This document shows positions 18,388 to 28,903 of a DNA stretch of 64,000 nucleotides, one piece after another; the first letter of the stretch is position 1; every line of letters starts with the position of its first letter. This DNA comes from Thermoanaerobaculia bacterium (lineage in GTDB: Bacteria; Acidobacteriota; Thermoanaerobaculia; UBA5066). A program made the translations under genes and the position numbers. The notes beneath the pieces are model-generated. The model was given only the letters and a program-made list of their open reading frames with translations, had not been told where the DNA came from and did no database searches. Location: assembly GCA_963719225.1 (NCBI GenBank), contig CAVRAY010000001.1, forward strand, positions 1,024,001 to 1,088,000. Reading direction: 5' to 3'.

Positions 18388-19806
18388 ATGACGGAACCGG
18401 AACAGCCGCCGCCGAGGCTCGTCGACGAGACGCGCTGGTACACGGAGCACACGGCGCTTCTGATCAGCACCCTGAAATGGACGATCCTCGGCGCGACGGC
18501 AGGTCTCTGCGTCGGGTTCGGCACGCGCGCATTCCTGTGGGCGCTCGGGGCGTCCGGGACCTGGGTGAGGCGTCTGACGCCGGGCGGAATCCACCCGGTC
18601 TGGCTCCTCCCGCTCGCGCTCCCCGTCTGCGTCCTCCTGATCCGGACGTTCGCTCCGACGGCGCGCGGCCACGGCACCGAGGCCGTCATCGCCGCGGTCC
18701 ACCGGGACTCGGGCCGCGTCTCGTGGAAGGTGGCTCCGATCAAGCTCCTCGCGACCGTCGTGACGCTCGCGTTCGGCGGTTCGGTCGGCAAGGAGGGCCC
18801 CTGCGCGCAGATCGGCGCTTCGATCACGAGCCTGTTCGCGGACATCCTGAGACTGAAGGACGAGGACCGGCGGCGCCTCGTGATCTGCGGAATCGCCGCC
18901 GGCTTCGCCGCCGTCTTCGGGACGCCGATCTCGGGCGCTCTCTTCGGCATCGAGGTCCTCTACCTCGGGCGGATCGAGTACGCGGTCCTGTTCCCGTGTC
19001 TCGTGTCCGGCATCGTCGCGCACCTCGTCTGCGGGGTACAGGCGCCCGTGCCGGATCTCCTCGGAGGGATCGGCGCGCTCGGGCACTCCGAGCTAGTCGG
19101 GCTCTCGATCGCCTTCGGGGCGGTCTTCGGCCTCGTCGCGCTCCTGCTGATCGAGACGATGCGGGGGATCGAGCACGGGCTGCGCCGCTTCGAGCACCAT
19201 CCGTACCTCGTCGCCGCCGGAGGCGGCGTCTTCCTGGCGGCGTTCTACTCCCTCGTCGGGGACTCGTACGCGGGGCTCGGCGTCGCAACGATCGACAGCG
19301 CCCTCGCCGCGACGGGCAGAGTCGCGATCCTGGCCTTCCTCTGGAAGATCGTCGCGACGGCGGTCACGCTCGAGTCCGGCGGCAGCGGAGGAATCGTGAC
19401 GCCGCTCTTTTTCATCGGGGCCACGAGCGGGGCGGCTCTCGCGCGGCTCCTGCACCTCCCGACAGGCCTCTTCGCGGCGTTCGGCTTCGTGAGCGTCGTC
19501 GCAGGGGCGGCGAATACGCCGATCGCGGCCGCCGTCATGGGCATCGAGCTCCTGCCGCGGGAGGTGGGCGTCTACGCGGCGCTGGCCGCGGGAACGGCGT
19601 TCCTCCTCGTCGGACACCGCAGCGTCTACGCGAGCCAGAAGATCGGGCTGTCGAAGTCCGCGGGCCTCGACGTGCGCATGGACGTCGCGATCGGCGACCT
19701 CACGCGCTCGGGAATGCAGATCCGGCCGGGAAGCCTCGTGGACAGGGTCCACCAGATCCGGAGCCGCCCCGCTCCGCGCACGAAGGACGAGCCGCGGGAC
19801 CCGTGA
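18388..19806 (+). CDS. CLC-family anion channel/antiporter
   Basis: GGSVGKEGP, FGTPISGALF, GGIVTPLF and AANTPIA motifs; many TM helices. Confidence 0.88.
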   Translation: MTEPEQPPPRLVDETRWYTEHTALLISTLKWTILGATAGLCVGFGTRAFLWALGASGTWVRRLTPGGIHPVWLLPLALPVCVLLIRTFAPTARGHGTEAVIAAVHRDSGRVSWKVAPIKLLATVVTLAFGGSVGKEGPCAQIGASITSLFADILRLKDEDRRRLVICGIAAGFAAVFGTPISGALFGIEVLYLGRIEYAVLFPCLVSGIVAHLVCGVQAPVPDLLGGIGALGHSELVGLSIAFGAVFGLVALLLIETMRGIEHGLRRFEHHPYLVAAGGGVFLAAFYSLVGDSYAGLGVATIDSALAATGRVAILAFLWKIVATAVTLESGGSGGIVTPLFFIGATSGAALARLLHLPTGLFAAFGFVSVVAGAANTPIAAAVMGIELLPREVGVYAALAAGTAFLLVGHRSVYASQKIGLSKSAGLDVRMDVAIGDLTRSGMQIRPGSLVDRVHQIRSRPAPRTKDEPRDP

Positions 19807-19816
19807 CCCGGACGAG

Positions 19817-22207
19817 TCACCCCTCCGGGACCGCTGATGCGAGCGGGAGGAACTGGAGCCGGTAGAGGACTTGCAGGTACCGCTTCGTCTCCTCGCGCTG
19901 TAGATCGGTCACGAACTTCCAGAAGCCGTAGATCCGCGAGAGGGTCATCACGCGCTCCGCGTAGCTCGTCCACGTGTAACGGGCCGCCACGCGCGCGAGC
20001 GCCTGGCGTGAGATCCGCTCCCACCTCCCGGGATCCGTCGCGCAGCGCTCGAGGAAGTCCGCGATCACCGCCGCGGCGCGGTCGCCGGCATTCGGGTCGA
20101 TGTGGAACCCCGAGCGGCCGTTCTGGATGATCTCCGACGGGCCGCCATGGCGCGTCGCGAACGTCGGCAGGCCGGACGCCATCGCCTCGACGACCGTGAG
20201 GCCGAAGGCTTCGAAGAGCGCCGGCTGGACGAAGACGCCGTGCCGGTCCGCGACCCAGCGGTAGAGCTCGCCGGCGAGGTTACGTTCGAGGCGCATTCCG
20301 AGCCACCGGACGCAGCCATCGAGGCCGTGTTCGTCGAAGAGAGCGTGCATCCTCTCGATCTGGGCCCGCTCCTCGTGGTCGGCTGACGCAGCGGGGTCGA
20401 GGCTCCCGCCGACGACGAGGAGGTTCGCGATCCGCCTCAGGGACTCCGAACGGGCATACCACTCCACGAGCCCGGCGAGGTTTTTGACGCGGTCGAGCCG
20501 CGCCATCGTGAAGACGATGGGCTTGCCCTTGTCCGCGAGGCGGCCCCGGGTGGACGGAAGCGGCTCGTCGCCGAGGACGAGCGCCTCGATCCGCGGCGCC
20601 AGGCTCGTGAGGCGCCGCGGGGCGTCCGTGAACGGGAAGTAGACGTCGGAGTCCGCTCCGGGCGACACGATGTTGAACTTCGGGTCGAACACGTCGATCC
20701 CGTTCACGACGCGGAAGAGGCCGGGCATCGTGAACGACTGATAGCTCTCGTACTGGCCGACGCTCTCCTCGGTCCCCGCGATCTCCTGATACGTGCTCGT
20801 GATGATGAAGTCCGCGGCGTTCATCGTGATGAGGTCCGCCGTGTACTGGCACGAGAAGTGGTACTGCGGCTCGAGCTCCTTCCAGTGCATGGCCGAGAGG
20901 AGGTACTTCGTCTTTTCGAGGGCGTGGGCCACGTGGCACTGCGTCACGCCGAGCCTCTTCGAGACGAGGGTCGCGACGAGGCCGCCGTCGGAATAGTTGC
21001 CGATCACGAGGTCGGGCCGCCCGCCGAGCTCCGACGGGGCCTCGCGCTCGACCTCGCGCGCGAACCGTTCGAGATAGGGCCAGAGCTGGAAGCGCGAGAT
21101 CCAGTGCGGGAGGATCTCCCCGCTGGGCTTGCGGAAAGGGATGCGCAGGATGTGCGTCGACTGACACCCCGCGACGCGCTCGAGGCGCTGCCCGCACGTC
21201 GTTCCGGGGGAATCCGGGATGAGCCGGGTCGCGATGAGGATGCGCGGCTCGACGGCGACGCCCTGGCCCGAGAGCCGGGCGCGCATCTCCTTCTCGAGCG
21301 CGCGCACCTGGTCGAGGATGTAGACGACCTGCCCGCCCGTGTCCGGCAGGCCCAGGACCCCGTCCTGGCCGAAGAAGCCGTGCGGCGAGACGACGAGGAC
21401 GCGGGAGATCATCGGAATCCGGGCGAGGAACGTCTCCAGGGCCGCGGGGGAGGGCGCCTCGAAAAGATCGGCGAGGACGCCCATCGTCTCCACGGCGCGG
21501 GCGGCCGTGTCGCCCCAGCCCGGCGCGAAGCCCAGCCGCCCGAGCATGGCCTCGAACGCGGCCCAGGGCGTGTCCTCGGGCAGGGCCTCGACCGCGACGA
21601 TCGCCCGCCGGAGCGTCGCGCGCAGCGCCGCCGTCGTCGGAAACCGGTGCTGAAGGAGCATCTGCTGCCCGTCGATCGCGTGGAGCCCGAGGAATCCATG
21701 GAGCGCCGTGCTGCCCTGCTCCGGATTGGCGAACATCCGGCTCGCGAGCTGCCGGTTGAGGAACGAGAGACCCTGTCCCACGGAGCGCGGCTCCGTGAGC
21801 TTCGGGAATTCCCGGTTGAACGGGCCGAAGTCGATCTCGAGGATCCCGTTCTCGCCGGTCCCCGGGGCGACGAGGGACTCCTTGAACGCGAGAAAGTCCG
21901 CGACCGGAACCTCCTCCGGAACGAGCCGCTCGCGGTGGATACGCGCGAAACGCCAGCGGCCGAGGGACACGCGCAGCGAGAAGTAGAACCACGGGTCGCG
22001 GATCTCCGCCTCCTGCGCGGCGCGCGCGAAATCCGCGAGCGGCGTCGTATCGAGATCGACCTTGTCGTACGTCCGCCGGACGTCCTCGAAGCCCTCCAGC
22101 AGGTCGGTGTGCAGGAGGCTCGACCGGCCGCCGGCCGCGTAGCGCTCGAGGAGCAGGAGGAGCGGCTCGCGCCGCTCGGCCGCATACGCCGTCAGCTCGT
22201 CGATCAC
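19817..22207 (-). CDS. sus: Sucrose synthase (GT4)
   Basis: [54 protein letters not shown] and [11 protein letters not shown] motifs. Confidence 0.95.
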   Translation of the reverse strand: MIDELTAYAAERREPLLLLLERYAAGGRSSLLHTDLLEGFEDVRRTYDKVDLDTTPLADFARAAQEAEIRDPWFYFSLRVSLGRWRFARIHRERLVPEEVPVADFLAFKESLVAPGTGENGILEIDFGPFNREFPKLTEPRSVGQGLSFLNRQLASRMFANPEQGSTALHGFLGLHAIDGQQMLLQHRFPTTAALRATLRRAIVAVEALPEDTPWAAFEAMLGRLGFAPGWGDTAARAVETMGVLADLFEAPSPAALETFLARIPMISRVLVVSPHGFFGQDGVLGLPDTGGQVVYILDQVRALEKEMRARLSGQGVAVEPRILIATRLIPDSPGTTCGQRLERVAGCQSTHILRIPFRKPSGEILPHWISRFQLWPYLERFAREVEREAPSELGGRPDLVIGNYSDGGLVATLVSKRLGVTQCHVAHALEKTKYLLSAMHWKELEPQYHFSCQYTADLITMNAADFIITSTYQEIAGTEESVGQYESYQSFTMPGLFRVVNGIDVFDPKFNIVSPGADSDVYFPFTDAPRRLTSLAPRIEALVLGDEPLPSTRGRLADKGKPIVFTMARLDRVKNLAGLVEWYARSESLRRIANLLVVGGSLDPAASADHEERAQIERMHALFDEHGLDGCVRWLGMRLERNLAGELYRWVADRHGVFVQPALFEAFGLTVVEAMASGLPTFATRHGGPSEIIQNGRSGFHIDPNAGDRAAAVIADFLERCATDPGRWERISRQALARVAARYTWTSYAERVMTLSRIYGFWKFVTDLQREETKRYLQVLYRLQFLPLASAVPEG

Positions 22208-24372
22208 GGCCTGACCTCCTCGGCGACGGGAGAGGCGAACCGGTAGTGTCGGATTCCCTCCACGATTCCGCCGGCGAAGCCTTCGCGCGCGAAGTAGACG
22301 CGGTCGAGGCCCTCGAGGACGTTCAGCTCGGGCTTGTGGTTCCCGACGACGACTCCGAGCGTGTCGCCGAGGAGCATCTCGACGTCATTGCCGGAGTCGC
22401 CGGCGACGAGGAACCGCTCGAGGGGCAGTCCGAGCCGGTACGCGAGGTGCCGGATCGCGAGGCCCTTCGAGGCACGCACGGGCAGGACGTCGAGGAACCG
22501 GTCCTGGGAGCGGATGAGGCGCGCGTGGAGAGAACGCGCGCGCAGGTGGGTCTGGAGGCGCTCGAGCGGCCAGATCCGCGCGGGGTCGATGTCGTAGCTC
22601 AGCTTGAACTGGCCCTGTTTCACGGCCGGCTGCGGCTTCAGGCCCGGTAGCCCCTCGAGCGCCTCGGCCAGGCTCGCCCGCCTCCAGTGGGGGCGGATGT
22701 GACGTTCCCACGCGAGGTCGCGCACGAGCGCGGGCCCGTAGTGGATCTCGGTACCCACGGACGTCACGAGGAGGTCCGGAAGCGGAACGTCCCACTCCCC
22801 GAGAATCGCGCGCGCCATCCCGAGAGTCCTGCCCGTCGCGATTCCGAAGGCGACGCGAGGCGCCTCCTCTTCGAGCCAGCGGAGCAGCTCGCGGAGGCCC
22901 TCCCGCTCGCCGAGGAGCGTGTCGTCGACGTCGGTCACGAGCACGTATTCGGCCTCGCGCAGGCCCGGCGGAAGAGTCGCACCGCGCATGGACGTGACGT
23001 GCCGGCGCAGGCGCTTGCGCTCGCGGTGGAGGATTCGCCGGACGGCCTTCGCGTAGCGGTCGACGTGCGCGGGCCAGCCGTAGTGATCGCGCACCCCCTT
23101 CGGTCCGTTCCGCGACCACTGCCGCCAGCGCCGGCCGTCCGACAGCGCGTCCTTCAGCGACGCCGCGATCGCCTTGGGGTCGAGGGGGTCGAAGAGCAGT
23201 CCGTTGCGGCAGTTCGCGACGATGTCGCGCGGACCGCCGTCGTGCGTCGCGGCGACCGGAAGGCCGCTCGCGGCGGCTTCGATGAGCGTGAGGCCAAACG
23301 GCTCGTTGAGAGCGGGATTCACGAAAACGCCCCGCCGGGCCGTGGCAAGGCGGTAGAGGCCGGGGACGTCCTCGGGCCGGTGGCGCTTCGGAATCGCGAC
23401 CTTTCCATACAGGTCGTACTTGTCGATCAGGTACAGGAGCTCGGAGTGAACCATGCGCTCCTCGGGTTCGGCGACCCGGAGGTCGTCGCGGTTTCCGGCG
23501 ACGAGGACGAGGTTCGCGCGCTCGCGGAGGTCCGGGTCCGTGCCGTACGCCTCGAGGAGCAACGCGAGGTTCTTCTTCGGCGCGGGACGGCAGAGGGCGA
23601 GGATCATCGGCAACCCGGGTTCGCGGAGAAACCGGTCGATCCACTCGGCGCTGGCGGGCTCTCCGGGGCCGGGCGGCGAGAAGCGCGATGTGTCGACCCC
23701 GGGCGGGATCACGACGGCGCGTCGAGGCCGGAAGTTCTCGTACGTGCCCCACTGCCTCTCGAGCTCCTCGTGCGTCGACGCGACGACGAGGGACGCCTGC
23801 CCGAGAGTGTCCTCCTCGGCGGCGATGCGGCGCCGGAAGTTGAACTGCCGCTCGATCGCCTCTTCCCGGCGGCCCGCCTCCAGGAGCCGGCGCTTCTTCA
23901 CGCGCCCGAGCGAGTGCCCCGTGTGCACGAGCGGAATCCCGAGGATGCGCGAGAGCTGTGTGCCGACGTATCCGGCGTCCGCATAGTGGCTGTGCAGGAC
24001 GTGGGGGAGGCCGACGGACTCTCCGAGGAGCGTCAGGCAGCGGTCGACGAGGTGGTCGAGGTCGCCCCAGAGGTGCACCTTGCGCACGTACCGCCGAGGG
24101 CCGAACGGCACGCGGAGGATCCGCGCGCGCCCTCCGAGCTCCTCGACCGGACATGCGTAGTCGGACGAGACGCGCGGGTCCTCGACGAGACGGGTCAGAA
24201 GGTCGACGCGCTCGACGGCGGGGCTTCGGCCGAGAGCGCGCGCAAGCTCGACCACGTACGTGACCTGGCCGCCGGTGTCCGCGTCGCGCCCGAGCTCGAG
24301 GTCGTGGCCGCGCACCAGCCCGTGTAGGCTCAGCATGAGCACTCGCAGGGGGCGGTCGTCGCGCTCGATCAC
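22204..24372 (-). CDS. sps: Sucrose-phosphate synthase with fused HAD (SPP) domain
   Basis: [38 protein letters not shown] and [10 protein letters not shown] motifs; C-terminal DVDDT...GDSGND. Confidence 0.93.
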   Translation of the reverse strand: MIERDDRPLRVLMLSLHGLVRGHDLELGRDADTGGQVTYVVELARALGRSPAVERVDLLTRLVEDPRVSSDYACPVEELGGRARILRVPFGPRRYVRKVHLWGDLDHLVDRCLTLLGESVGLPHVLHSHYADAGYVGTQLSRILGIPLVHTGHSLGRVKKRRLLEAGRREEAIERQFNFRRRIAAEEDTLGQASLVVASTHEELERQWGTYENFRPRRAVVIPPGVDTSRFSPPGPGEPASAEWIDRFLREPGLPMILALCRPAPKKNLALLLEAYGTDPDLRERANLVLVAGNRDDLRVAEPEERMVHSELLYLIDKYDLYGKVAIPKRHRPEDVPGLYRLATARRGVFVNPALNEPFGLTLIEAAASGLPVAATHDGGPRDIVANCRNGLLFDPLDPKAIAASLKDALSDGRRWRQWSRNGPKGVRDHYGWPAHVDRYAKAVRRILHRERKRLRRHVTSMRGATLPPGLREAEYVLVTDVDDTLLGEREGLRELLRWLEEEAPRVAFGIATGRTLGMARAILGEWDVPLPDLLVTSVGTEIHYGPALVRDLAWERHIRPHWRRASLAEALEGLPGLKPQPAVKQGQFKLSYDIDPARIWPLERLQTHLRARSLHARLIRSQDRFLDVLPVRASKGLAIRHLAYRLGLPLERFLVAGDSGNDVEMLLGDTLGVVVGNHKPELNVLEGLDRVYFAREGFAGGIVEGIRHYRFASPVAEEVRP

Positions 24373-25310
24373 GCGAGTCCCCACCGCCGGTGGAACGGCT
24401 CGTAGAACGCGTCCGATGCCGGGAGCGCTCCCCGTACCGTGCACATGGCCGCGCCGAGCCGGTTCGCGCGGTCGAGCGTCGTGGCGGCCGGCCAACCGAG
24501 AAGAAGGCCGGCGAGAAAGGCCGCCGAGAACGCGTCGCCGGCGCCCACGGAATCCTCGGCCGGTCCGGGCAGCGGACGGCCCGGCGCGGCTTGCGCCGTC
24601 ACCGCGCGTCCCCGGCGTGCGAAGAGGACCGCTCCTGACGCGCCGCGTGTCACGACGAGCCTCGAGCACGGGAAAGCCGCGAAGAGGGCCTCGGCGCGCC
24701 CGCGCGTGCCGCGCCCGCGCAGGTGCAGCGCGGCCGCCAGAGTCAGGAGCTCCTCCTCGTTCGCCTTCACGGTCGTGGCGGCCTCGAGCGACCGCGCGAG
24801 CGTCTCGGCGTCCCACCAGGGAGCCCGCAGGTTGACGTCGAGGAACGTGGCGGCCTCCCGGCGGGCGAGGAGCGCCGCGAGGGCGGCGCGGGACGAAGCG
24901 GCGCGCTGCGCGAGGGTGCCGAAATAGAGCAGGCCGGGACGGGCGCGGACGAACGCGGTGCGTGCGGCCCTCGCGTCGATCGCGTCGAACGCCTGCCGGG
25001 CGGGGATCTCGAACGACGGGCCTTCGGCGCCCTGGCGGACGCGGACGCGTGCCGTGTGCCGCCGCGGGTCGACCTGGACGCCCGACCGAGGGAGACCGCA
25101 TGCACGGATCGCGCGCAGAATCTCGCGTCCGCCGGCGTCCGCGCCGACGCGCGTCAGGAGGCGGGCCTCGAACCCGAGCCTGCCAAGGTGGCAGGCGACG
25201 TTGAACGGCGCTCCGCCGGGCGTCGTTCCGGAGGGCGCGGCGTCCAGGACGGCCTCGCCGAACAGGACGATGGGCGGCGCGGCGGGGCGGCGGGCGTGGT
25301 CAGCCGGCAA
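24369..25310 (-). CDS. PfkB-family sugar kinase (fructokinase-like)
   Basis: FGEAVLD, GGAPFNVA, DVNLR, KANEEE and DSVGAGDAF motifs; the start (TTG 25310) is uncertain. Confidence 0.88.
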   Translation of the reverse strand: MPADHARRPAAPPIVLFGEAVLDAAPSGTTPGGAPFNVACHLGRLGFEARLLTRVGADAGGREILRAIRACGLPRSGVQVDPRRHTARVRVRQGAEGPSFEIPARQAFDAIDARAARTAFVRARPGLLYFGTLAQRAASSRAALAALLARREAATFLDVNLRAPWWDAETLARSLEAATTVKANEEELLTLAAALHLRGRGTRGRAEALFAAFPCSRLVVTRGASGAVLFARRGRAVTAQAAPGRPLPGPAEDSVGAGDAFSAAFLAGLLLGWPAATTLDRANRLGAAMCTVRGALPASDAFYEPFHRRWGLA

Positions 25311-25437
25311 GCGCCGCGACCACGCCCGCGACGGCGGCAAGCAGCGCGAAAAGGAAAGGCCAGATCCGGCGCTTCGAACGCGACACGATCGCGAGAAAAT
25401 CGGGTTCGAGAACGGGATTCGGGGAATTGATTGGCAC
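25300..25437 (-). CDS. 45-aa membrane leader peptide heading the sucrose operon
   Basis: Perfect AAAGGAGG RBS before GTG; C-terminal hydrophobic helix; the stop overlaps the start of the pfkB frame. Confidence 0.5.
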   Translation of the reverse strand: MPINSPNPVLEPDFLAIVSRSKRRIWPFLFALLAAVAGVVAALAG

Positions 25438-25490
25438 GATGAGCCTCCTTTCCGGCGGTGAATCCGACCCGTTCGCATTATAGGACGACG

Positions 25491-25510
25491 TTCGTTTGAC
25501 GTCAAACGAA
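25491..25510. promoter_or_regulatory. Perfect 20-bp palindrome, candidate MarR operator 2
   Basis: TTCGTTTGACGTCAAACGAA upstream of the sucrose operon. Confidence 0.6.
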
Positions 25511-25619
25511 TCCGGGGAGAAAACCGCCCTCTCGAATGGCGTAGGACGCGGACGAACGCCACGGCACCGCCCGATCGGGTCTCGTTCGCGGCCCGCGCGG
25601 ATGGCCCGACGGGGGCCGC

Positions 25620-25709
25620 GTGAACGTCCCGGAGGAGCGCGTCCACTGGTTCTCCGCGGTGAGCGGAAAGAGGGTCGAGCCGGGCGGAGGGCCGTCCGCC
25701 GCGCTGTAG
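25620..25709 (+). pseudogene. Possible 3' remnant of a MalK/UgpC-type ABC ATPase
   Basis: VNVPEERVHWFSAVSGKRVE resembles the ..HLFD..TG.RL terminus of sugar ABC ATPases. Confidence 0.3.
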
Positions 25710-25723
25710 ACTTGTCTCCTCGC

Positions 25724-26956
25724 ATGGAATCCGCTTTCGTGGTCGCGCTGCTCGGCGGGCTCCTCGTCCTCTCGTATTTCGCGGACGTGCTCTTCGAGAC
25801 CACCCGCATTCCAGCCGTCGTCCTCCTCATCCTGTCCGGCGTGGTTCTAGGGCCCGTGCTCCGGATCGCTCCCGGGACCGAATTCGAGAAGGCGGCTCCC
25901 TACTTCGGCGCCGTCGCTCTCGTCGTGATCCTGTTCGAGGGCGGACTCGGCCTCGACCTCGAGGAGTCCGCGCGCGGCCTCCTGGCGGCCACCGCTCTCG
26001 CCGCCGTCTCGTTCTTCCTGACCGCCGTGACGCTGACGCTGTTTGCCCACGCCCTCCTCGGGCTCCCGTGGCCATCCTCGTTCGCGCTCGGCTCGCTGCT
26101 CGGCGTGCCGTCGAGCGCAGTCGTCTTCCCGATCGCCGGAAAACTCGGGCTGCGCTCGGATCTTCGAACCCTCGTCGTCCTCGAAGCGGCCCTTGCGGAC
26201 GTGCTCGGAATCCTCGGCGCGGAGGTCGCGATCGAGGCCGCGAGCGGCGGCTCCGTCACGGGCCTGGCTCTCCGCCGCCTTTTCCTCGGCTTCGCGATCG
26301 GCGCCGTCGTGGCCCTGATCGTGGGTCTCGTCTGGAGCCGCCTCCTCCGTGGCCTCAAGACGATGGAGGGGCACGGCTACGGCGAGGTCCTCACGTTCGG
26401 CGTCGTTCTCCTCCTGGACGGCGCCGTGCATTCCCTGGGCGGCGCTTCGGCCATCGCAGTCGTCGCCTTCGGCCTCGTCCTCTCGAACGAGCCCGTCATC
26501 ATGGCCCGCCTGTTGCACCGGCCGCTCTCGGGCGAGGACGAGGCGCTCTTCGGCGAGCTTCGCGTCGGCGTGCATCGATTCGCGAACCAGCTCACGTTCC
26601 TCGTGAGAACTTTCTTCTTCGTGTTCCTCGGAATGGTCGTGAGGTGGACGGGGCTCACGTTCGAGTCGGCGCTCACCGCGGCTCTTTTCGTGGGCATCGT
26701 GTTCCTCGGGCGCCGCGCCGCGGTCGTCCTCATGAACCGGGCGGGCCTTCTCTCCGTGGGCCAGGAGGAGGGCCGGGCGTTGTCCGCTCTGATGCCGCGC
26801 GGGCTCGTCACGGCCGTGCTCGCGTTCGGCGCCGTCGAAGCGGGCCTCGCGGGCGCGGAAAGCTTTCCGCTTTACGCGTTCGTGCTCCTCGCCGCCACGA
26901 ACCTCCTGATGGTCGTGGGCCTGCACGGCGCCCGGCCGCAAACCGCGAGGCCCTGA
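25724..26956 (+). CDS. Cation:proton antiporter (CPA1/NhaP-like)
   Basis: ILFEGGL, LEAALADVL, RTFFFVFLG and MPRGL motifs; about 12 TM helices. Confidence 0.85.
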   Translation: MESAFVVALLGGLLVLSYFADVLFETTRIPAVVLLILSGVVLGPVLRIAPGTEFEKAAPYFGAVALVVILFEGGLGLDLEESARGLLAATALAAVSFFLTAVTLTLFAHALLGLPWPSSFALGSLLGVPSSAVVFPIAGKLGLRSDLRTLVVLEAALADVLGILGAEVAIEAASGGSVTGLALRRLFLGFAIGAVVALIVGLVWSRLLRGLKTMEGHGYGEVLTFGVVLLLDGAVHSLGGASAIAVVAFGLVLSNEPVIMARLLHRPLSGEDEALFGELRVGVHRFANQLTFLVRTFFFVFLGMVVRWTGLTFESALTAALFVGIVFLGRRAAVVLMNRAGLLSVGQEEGRALSALMPRGLVTAVLAFGAVEAGLAGAESFPLYAFVLLAATNLLMVVGLHGARPQTARP

Positions 26957-26968
26957 CGGGACGTCATT

Positions 26969-28897
26969 ATGTCTTCCGAGCCCCACGCCGTCCCGCCTGC
27001 TCCCGAACCGCGGCCGACCGGCGGCGGAGGGCCGGGGGGTACGGGGCCCGAGAAGACGTATCCGTGGCACCGCGTCCTTTGGCTCACGGGCGTCGATTAC
27101 TTTTCGACGCTCGGCTATCAGCCCGGCATCGCGTCTTCTCGCCGCTGGCGCGCTCGCGCCGTTCGCGACGGGGCTCCTCGTCCTCGTCACGCTCTTCGCC
27201 GCGGTGCCCGTCTATCGCGAGGTGGCGCGGCATTCGTACGTCGGCCAGGGTTCGATCGCGATGCTCGAGAACCGGCTGACGGGCTGGAAGCACAAGCTGT
27301 TCGTCCTCGCGCTCCTCGGCTTCGCGACGACCGACTTCGTCATCACGATGACGCTCTCGGCCGCGGACGCGGCCGAGCACGCCTGCGAGAACCCGTATCT
27401 CTCGCACGCGCTCGAGGGGCACCAGCTGGGGGTCACGCTTGGGCTCCTCGCCGTCCTCGCGGGCGTCTTTCTCCGCGGCTTTCGCGAGGCGATCGGCGTG
27501 GCGATGTTCGTCGGAATCCCCTACATCGTCCTGAACGCCGTCGTCATCGTCCGCGGCTTCGTCGAGATCGCGCACCGGCCCGAGGTGCTCGGGCGCTGGA
27601 CGGAGGCGCTCCACGCGCACGGGGACCCGGCGTCCCTCGCGATCGCGGCCGTGCTCGTCTTTCCCCGGCTCGCTCTCGGCCTCTCCGGGTTCGAGACGGG
27701 CGTCGCCGTGATGCCGCTCGTCGACGGCGGGCCGCCCCGAAGCGACGGGGAGAAAGAAAAGCCGGAAGGAAGGATCGCGGGCACCGGGAAGCTCCTGACG
27801 GGCGCCGCGCTCATCATGAGCGTGCTTCTGCTCTCGTCGAGCCTCGTCGCCGCGGTCCTCGTGCCCGAGACCGCGTACCGCCGGGGAGGCGAGGCGAGCG
27901 GGCGGGCGCTCGCGTGGCTCGCGCACGGCCTCCTCGGCAAAGGCTTCGGGACCCTCTACGACGCTCTCCACGATCGCGATCCTCTGGTTCGCCGGCGCGT
28001 CCGCGATGGCGGGCATCCTGAACCTGATCCCACGTTATCTGCCGCGCTTCGGGATGGCGCCCGCGTGGGTCGCGCGCGCGCGTCCGCTCGTCGTCCTCGT
28101 GTTCGCATTCGACGTCGTCATCACCCTCGTCTTCAAGGCGGACGTGAACGCGCAGGGAGGAGCCTACGCGACCGGCGTTCTCGTCCTGATGCTCTCGGCC
28201 GCCATGGCCGTGACGCTCGTGCTGTGGCGCGAGGCGAGGGCTCGCGCCCTGTATTTCCTTCTCGCGTCGTGCATTTTCGGCTACGTCCTGGAGAAGAACG
28301 TCCGCGACCGGCCGGACGGCGTGATCATCGCCTCGTGCTTCGTCACCTTCGTCGTCCTGACGAGCGTCCTGTCCCGCGGAGCCGGCGCGGCACCGAGCTT
28401 CGCGTCGAGAGCCTCGTCTTCGCCGACGACGAGTCGAAGGTCCTGTTCGATTCGATCCGCGGCGAAGAAGGTCGACCTCGTCCCGATCAAGCACACGGGG
28501 AAAGCGGACCGGTGGGAAAAGCTCCGGAAGTCAAGGAGCGGCACCGGATCGAAGGCCCCTTCGCCTTCCTCCACGTCACCCTGCGCGACGACCGGAGCGA
28601 GTTCGAGGCGAAGCTCGAGATCCAAGTCCGGCGCATCGTGGAGACGGGCAATTACTTCCTTCACGTGACCGGCGCCGTCGCGGTCGCGAACACGATCGCC
28701 TTCATCAGCGAGCAGATCGATCCCCGGACGCTCGATCCTCGGCCTGACGCGCACGAGACCCGATGACGCAGGCCCTGCGCTTCTTCTTCTTCGGCGAAGG
28801 GGAGACGGGCGTCCTCGTCTACCAGATCCTGATCCAGTACTGGGACTCGACTCCGGAGGACGACATCCGCCCGCTCCTCGTACTCGTGAGCGACTGA
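26969..28897 (+). pseudogene. APC-superfamily transporter, multiply frameshifted
   Basis: [48 protein letters not shown] and FFGEGETG occur in successive different frames (at least five shifts). Confidence 0.8.
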
Positions 28898-28903
28898 GGC
28901 GGG

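Noticed and set aside
26969-28897. Programmed frameshifting in the APC transporter, USP or ArsP genes
   Set aside because: The shifts are numerous and lack slippery heptamers; decay or assembly error is more likely.
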